A program made the translations under genes and the position numbers. A stretch of DNA of 15,468 bases from Ginkgo biloba (lineage: Eukaryota > Plantae > Ginkgophyta), in the NCBI GenBank assembly GCA_024626585.2, contig JANKJI020000004.1:28489199-28504666 (forward strand), read 5' to 3'. Under the pieces are notes generated by a model that made no database searches, had not been told where the DNA came from, and saw only the letters and a list, made by a program, of their open reading frames with translations. Shown one piece after another: positions 9,996 through 15,468 of the stretch. Numbering within the stretch: position 1 is the first letter of the stretch; each line of letters opens with the position of its first letter.

Positions 9996-11159
9996 ATGGC
10001 TTTTTAACTTTGCTAAGTCCTTAATAGTGGTCATTTTGCGATTGCATGCATCCATGGAACCCCTGAGACTTACCACTAGAGAATAATTTGCTTTGGACTT
10101 TAAGAAGCCAATTTGTGCTTTTAACATTTGTCCCCTCCTCAAGGAGGCATTACCCTCAATGACTGTTGTAACNNNNNNNNNNNNNNNNNNNNNNNNNNNN
10201 NNNNNNNNNNNNNNNNNNNNNNNNNNNNNNNNNNNNNNNNNNNNNNNNNNNNNNNNNNNNNNNNNNNNNNNNCCAATATTGATCTTGGGACCCTTGTTCA
10301 TGTTCTACTTCTTTGTGCTTGACCCGACAACTTGGTTACCCCCTCTTGGCACCTTTGGCTTGTATTTTCCTCTAACCATAATATTAAATTCTAAGGTACA
10401 CAAAGAAGGAAATGAAAGATTTGTTGGAAAAATGCTTTGCTTAGAAAATGTACCTGATGCGTTGGAAGTGGATGTCGCCAACTGGAACAATCTTCTAAAG
10501 CGCTTCAGCGTCTTGTGATCCTCCAAAAGCTCCCTCAAAATTATCATCTTCTTCCTCGTTGGTTGCATTGCTTTGTGCTAAGAATGAGAGGGTATTTCAT
10601 GTTTTAAGGGAAAAAGGAAAGTAAGTTACTAACTTTCCAACTTCCCCTTGAAGTGCATGGCTGCCACTGCTCGTAGTCATGCATGTGTTCAATGAATGAG
10701 GTCGCTTTTGATCAAACAGGGGTTGTCGTTGTCACCATTATCTTTTGTGCATGTTATGGGAAAGTCGTACTTCCACACATGAATGATACTTCTGCTTATA
10801 GTTGTCCACTTGACACTAAATGTTGGGTTCTAGTTGTTCGACTGCCTGGGACATGCCGTTCGAGTTTGGACTTTCAAGACTAGTTAGACTCAATTGTCTA
10901 GAACCGCTTGTTCACCCATCCAGGCTTGAACGTCTGGAACTGGCCATCCACCCATCTTTGGTTGAATGTTCGCATCTGGTCAACTTGTCTAAGTCCTTTT
11001 ACTAAGTGGGAATCTCCCTCTTCTTCCTTTGTAGACTTTCTCCACCTACAACCTTGACTGTGTGATCTTCTGCGTTGAAATCGTTGCTTGAACATGCTTC
11101 TTCATTCAGGGAAATCCTTGTGTACGTAACTAGCTGGGACATTGTCCTCTATTCTTTGT

Positions 11160-12260
11160 TGCGGATGATATAACTTTAACTTTAAACCATTCATAGGTTC
11201 GTCTCTCCTTGTTCCATCTAAGTTAGCGAATTGGATGGATCCATTCTAAAAAATGGTAATGACTAGAAAAAGACCTGGTCATTGTATTTTCAACTTACCG
11301 AGTTTTATCAGCGTTTTCCATCATACATCAACACTTTAGAACCAACATGAATGTTTTGCCAACGAAGATGTCAGTCATGCCATTCTTTCCATCTTTTCTG
11401 CGCAATTGATGTTGCCCCTTACGCTATGAATTGCCTTTCATCCAACAACAAAAGTTTGTCAAGTCTGGCCTGATCGTCAAGTCTATTTTCCAATACTATC
11501 TAGAGACTTGGAATTACAAATTGAAGGGGCATTACTACTTCTTGCCCATAAACCAATTGCAAAGGGGTATGTCTTGTTCTTACCTTTTAGGCTGTGTGGG
11601 ATGCCCACAGTGTCGTTGATAGTTGGTCAGCCCAATCCTTCTGATCTACTCCACAAATTTTGTATAGTGTTGCTACCAACAATTTGTTTGTAGCCTTCGA
11701 TTGGCCATTCGCCTGTGGATAGTATGGACCCTACTTTTGGTATGAAATTTTAAACTCTGTTGTTAAATGTTGGATCTCATTATTGACAAAATGTTGCCTT
11801 TGTCACTTGTCAGGTTTAAGGGGCAGGCAAATTGAGGGATGACACCTTCCTACAGAAACTTTGCATTGCTTTGGGTAGAATTATCTAGTAGCACTTGAGC
11901 CTCCACCCATTTAGTCAAGTGTCCCACTACTACGATGATGTATTTGCATTGACCTCTCTGAGATGGATGTTTTAAGGGACCAACAAAATCAACACCCCAA
12001 TGTTTGAACAACTCTTGTGACAGTGTTAGATGTAAAGGCATAAAATGTTCCTTGTGACAACTTCTTGACTTGCTAGGTATCACACCTCTGCACAAACTAC
12101 CTCATGTCTAGAAACACACGAGGCCATCATAATCTGGCTAGAAATATTTTTTGTATTGTCAACTCATGACCAACATGCCCTCCTGAAGGTCTAGCATGTG
12201 CCTTCGATATTGTCTTCTCCACTTCATTGGGTATGATGCATCTTCACAAAACTTGATCTA
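11160..12260 (-). mobile_element. Degenerate Ty3/gypsy integrase, non-chromovirus (Athila/Tat type)
   Basis: HHCC region AHARPSGGH...RCDT; core WGVDFVGPL...LTKWVEA; YYPQANGQSKATNK; TPLQLVYGQEVVMP; C-terminal GPY/F-like region VLMYDG..GKLKIQ*PGLF...MNGLKLKLY. No chromodomain follows. Many stops and frameshifts. Confidence 0.9.
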
Positions 12261-12367
12261 GGCCTATNNNNNNNNNNNNNNNNNNNNNNNNNNNNNNNNN
12301 NNNNNNNNNNNNNNNNNNNNNNNNNNNNNNNNNNNNNNNNNNNNNNNNNNNNNNNNNNNNNNNNNNN

Positions 12368-12565
12368 AATCACTGCTCTCATAATCCCCCGGTAGAAAAA
12401 CAAACCCAAATAAGGAGAATCTGAATTTGTATAGTAGAGAACATCACCTATAGACTCAATAAAGTAGACTACAAATTTGACATTTGTCCATAAATGTTCG
12501 TGAAATATAAAATGCCTCACCTTGACAACATTCCTTGTGGAAAATTGCATGGTCTCTAGATTATT
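12368..12565 (-). mobile_element. hAT-family transposase fragment
   Basis: KVRHFIFHEHLWTNVKFVVYFIESIGDVLYYTNSDSPYLG resembles the plant hAT motif I recall as V...ILD..FW..V..V....EPI..VLR..DSD.P.LG..Y. Confidence 0.55.
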
Positions 12566-13046
12566 TCCAAATCTAGATTCACTACAAGTTAAGGAATGCA
12601 TCAACCAATTACAATGACTAATGACAATTTGTGATACAAAATAGATTGCTATGGTATCTACTCCTCACTATGTAGGGATTTTGTTTGTGCAATTATTCGT
12701 CATCATTGAAGCTTGCACATCCACTCAATCAACAATGTTGGGACCATTGCCAAAAATCCCTCCACTTCATTGGTGAAGAAATTGGCTTCAAACTTTGACA
12801 CAGTTGGGCCATTCTATGCCTATGCAAGAATTTAATCTTCTATGAGTTGGTTCCACCATAGATGGATATTGGTTTACTCAACCTATTGTTTCTTATACCT
12901 CTAATGCAAGGGGATTGGAATTCTCATTATATGTCGTCAATCCTGACTCTTGAATTCATGTTCTTTGTAAATCTTAATCACGACTTATTGTCATCACTTG
13001 TGATTAGGAATCTCCATATTTAGTCTAGATTGATAACGGTGGCAGA
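12566..13046 (-). mobile_element. Second copy of the Athila-like PBS and 5' internal region (homologous to ~7525-8009)
   Basis: PBS-like TGCCACCGTTATCA at 13031-13044. Blocks shared with copy 1 include tagattgct.tggt.tctactcctcact, ttggtgaagaaatt(t)ggcttcaaa and gagttggttcca. Confidence 0.8.
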
Positions 13047-13492
13047 TGTTGAGTACGAATTTCCTATTTGCAGATAGATTAACATTGTAAAATGAGACAT
13101 GGGTTGTTGGCACCAACAAGATTTCTCATTAATACATGGGAAAGATACCTAGGGAAATTATCTCAGGATCAAACCAATGCATGTATAGTGCTGGCCCTAA
13201 TAAAAAATAATAGGGTCCTTTATAGGTGAATGGAAATTTGTAGATGGCGGTGGTTGGTGAGTGTTGGTGTATTGATTCACCAATGATTGTCATTAGTAAT
13301 TAATCTAAGTAATCCCATGAATAATCGTTGAGTAGTCGTCGATTGGTTCTCAAACGCCTGGATGTCACTTAAGTGTCATCTGTTAATCTCCCTAGATGTC
13401 CAACTACTCGTGCTAATGTCCTATGACGGGTAAGGTTGCTCCTAACTTATACAAAATGTTGAGAATAACCACACTCACAATGGCCACTAACA
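13047..13492 (-). repeat. LTR copy 2 (446 bp), Athila-like
   Basis: TGTT...AACA inverted termini (TGTTGAG at 13047, CTAACA ending at 13492), minus-strand CTATAAAGG at 13217-13225, and similarity to 8010-8517. Confidence 0.82.
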
Positions 13493-13585
13493 TGGATTTT
13501 ATCTCAAGATTGTCAAAATTAGAAGGAAAATATGTAATATTTGTTATGATAGATTGACCAACAAAGTACGCTACTTGTTCCTATT
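13492..13585 (+). mobile_element. Short integrase core fragment of a different Ty3/gypsy element (chromovirus-type wording)
   Basis: Translates MDFISRLSKLEGKYVIFVMID*PTKYA, matching the MDFITGLPKSEGKD.IFVVVDRLTKYA pattern. Confidence 0.75.
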
Positions 13586-14206
13586 TGTTGGAGCATATAG
13601 ATCTATGTCAAAAGATAGAATGCATAAAATTTATTATAGTAATCATACCCTCGACAGATGAAGGTAAGTCAATCTTGTTGCTCTTACTAACACATCACCA
13701 CTACCCTAGAATCTCGAGGTTGTAACTTAACGAAAATGGTCATTTATTTATGAATAAGAGTTTATATAGACATATAATGTAGAGAATACAATATATTTGA
13801 TTGAATACAATGATTAATTCTTTCAATGATGTATGTCTAGGGTTTGCCATATAACTGACCTTCGTACTATCTTCTCACCCCTTTTGGTGACTTTTAACCA
13901 AGAGACATTCTGTTTCATAACATAATGATTATTATCAAAGTCCTAATGATTACAGTTACAAACATATTAATACTTGTGGCAATGAAGACTGCTATAGTTG
14001 TCTAACTGATGTGATAGATTCTGGTTGCGATTGTGTTTTTGTTGCTACAAATGAGCCGTTGCGACTGAGCATTGTTGTTCTAATGTAAACTAGAATTGTC
14101 ATCGAAATTACTGTTGTGATCGTCTTTTGTTGCGACCAATATCCCATTGTGACCAAAGTGTTACGCTTTTTCTATTGAGTAGTAACAAGGTGTCAAATCT
14201 CCAACA
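13586..14206. mobile_element. Solo LTR (621 bp)
   Basis: Perfect 8-bp inverted termini TGTTGGAG...CTCCAACA, a non-coding interior with a TATA-like tttatatag near 13761, and a left end that coincides with the break in the integrase frame. Confidence 0.7.
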
Positions 14207-15468
14207 TACATCTCGCTGGTCTACTAGGTTGAGCATCCTCGTTTAACGAATCAAAATGTTCAAAATTTTGGATAATACAGTTGCCCCCTTGAAAATTTTG
14301 AGTCCTATTACTTTGATTTCAAAGTGTGTTGAACATTGGACAAAAGTGGAATCTCATTTTTCTCTAATATCTTTATTAATTCTTGATTGGTAGAGTCCAA
14401 TTTTTCTAGTTCCATCTTATAACAATCTTGATTTCTAGTAAATTGCTTTTCCATTGAGGCTAATTAATCCTGACCCCTGAACCTTATTTAGATTGCTAAC
14501 TGTCTCTTTCAACTTGGTGCATGTTTTGGCTACGTCCTTCCCAATGATCATACACTGCATGGTTGCTTTTGCGTGTTGATTCTTCACATCGAATAACTTG
14601 TTCCTTTCATGACCAATCAACAGTATCTAGGCACAAAGCTTAGTAATGATCTTTCCTCCTCGGGAGGATATCCTTCTTAAAACTATTGATGAATTGTTGA
14701 GATGTATTCCATTCGAGATCCACATCTTCCGGCCAGACCTCCATGAAATCTTTGATAAATTTAATTTTGTTCATTGTCTTCCTTTCTTTTGCTTTTGCAT
14801 CTAGTGTTTCTTGGTTCACTCCTCGAGTTGAATCCTTAATCTTCATAAGCAAGTCACAAACTAGTGCCTTTATTATGTCGGTTGTGAAACTACTTTCAAG
14901 GCCTCATGTTTGGACAATTTGCATTTACTTTTGTCTAACCCTTCTTCGAATATCTTCAAATGCTCCTCCCAATTTAATTTGATTAGCCCGTCTGGAATTT
15001 AATTTACCTAGTCAGGCCTATATATGATTTCTTGGGATGTATTGGGCTATGGAGTGGTTGGCACACAAAATTGTTCGGGGGGATGGGAAAGGGATAGAAG
15101 GCACTTCTTCCATTCCTGGTGCCTTTCTATTATTTTTTTCTTCTTTTTCTCCAACATCAACCTCCATCAAGGTTGTGTCCTAACCTGCGACTTTAGCCTT
15201 GTCATCTTTTCCTTATTCAACTTCTCTCTTTTACATACTTCTTCATCAGGCATTCCAATATTTTCTCAAACTCTTCACTAAGTTTAATAGCTTCCCCTTC
15301 TTTGATGTCCCTCGTCATATATTTGCGAGATCATTCTGCCACCCTTGAAAGTTAAGGGCTGTCAATCATTAGTTGGTAGCTTGACGTTTAGACACTGAGA
15401 AAAGCAGTCCAACAAACACTTTGGGTAGAAAGAACGAAGATTACCATGGTGCCTCCTGAATTCTCGTT
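14207..15468 (-). mobile_element. 3' end of another Ty3/gypsy element (Tat/Ogre-like): degenerate K/E-rich extra ORF, PPT-like site and start of the 3' LTR
   Basis: Broken minus-strand frames (ORFs 14640..14852 and 14435..14620, and K/E-rich sequence to ~15300) lead to AAGGGGGCAAC directly followed by TGTATTATCCAAAATTTTG starting at 14279. Confidence 0.5.

Larger units (their letters stand above)
8640..10379 (-). pseudogene. Degenerate extra ORF(s) between integrase and PPT: basic N-terminus, hexapeptide repeats, C-terminal coiled coil
   Basis: MVRGKYKPKVPRGG starts at 10379. EQSLEDEQSPKVEQSSIDEQSLDK-type repeats lie at ~9690-9960. QEIRVAFNKWQMEQREHMLDKMEEYLEEW is in 9149-9346. KKLKEELKVLRGELEEEQKKIA...VARLEKELAKL lies at ~8690-9090. 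Multiple stops and frameshifts; spans one assembly gap. Confidence 0.55.
2052..15468 (+). other. Large TE-filled intron (>13.4 kb, runs off the window)
   Basis: No downstream exon with the expected continuation was seen, and content is almost entirely TE relics. An exon could be hidden in one of the four gaps. Confidence 0.65.

Noticed and set aside
10898-10969. Two degenerate 36-bp tandem units
   Set aside because: Only two poorly matching copies in the post-integrase spacer, which is common in Ty3 3' regions.
4236-12604. ORFs spanning N runs (e.g. 4236..4460, 6351..6752, 10093..10518)
   Set aside because: The gaps are fixed 100-N placeholders of unknown true size, so frames across them are artefacts.
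8010-13492. A single intact, recently inserted LTR retrotransposon
   Set aside because: The LTRs are strongly diverged, RT/RNase H is not visible, two gaps and an hAT fragment intervene, and no TSD pair is present.

Overview
Land-plant nuclear DNA, probably a gymnosperm or fern given the TE repertoire and intron size, from a gapped assembly with four 100-N gaps (4307-4406, 6531-6630, 10173-10272, 12268-12367). Bases ~177-2051 are one very large internal exon of a MEE44/AT4G00060-like non-canonical nucleotidyltransferase gene. The exon ends at a phase-0 CAG|GTA donor, and the frame just upstream looks disrupted. The remaining >13.4 kb is intron with no recognisable next exon, packed with degraded TEs. 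These include a 5'-truncated LINE with an RTE-X-like C-terminal CCHC and a minus-strand Athila-like Ty3/gypsy complex (two related LTRs, two tRNA-Asp-like PBSs, integrase, an extra repeat/coiled-coil ORF, PPT). There is also an hAT transposase fragment, a second integrase fragment, a solo LTR without target-site duplication, and the 3' end of another Ty3 element. I cannot support a new biological system. The most unusual structure is the LTR at 8010-8517, which has a PPT on one side and a PBS on the other. All family calls come from manual translation and motif recall, not database searches.
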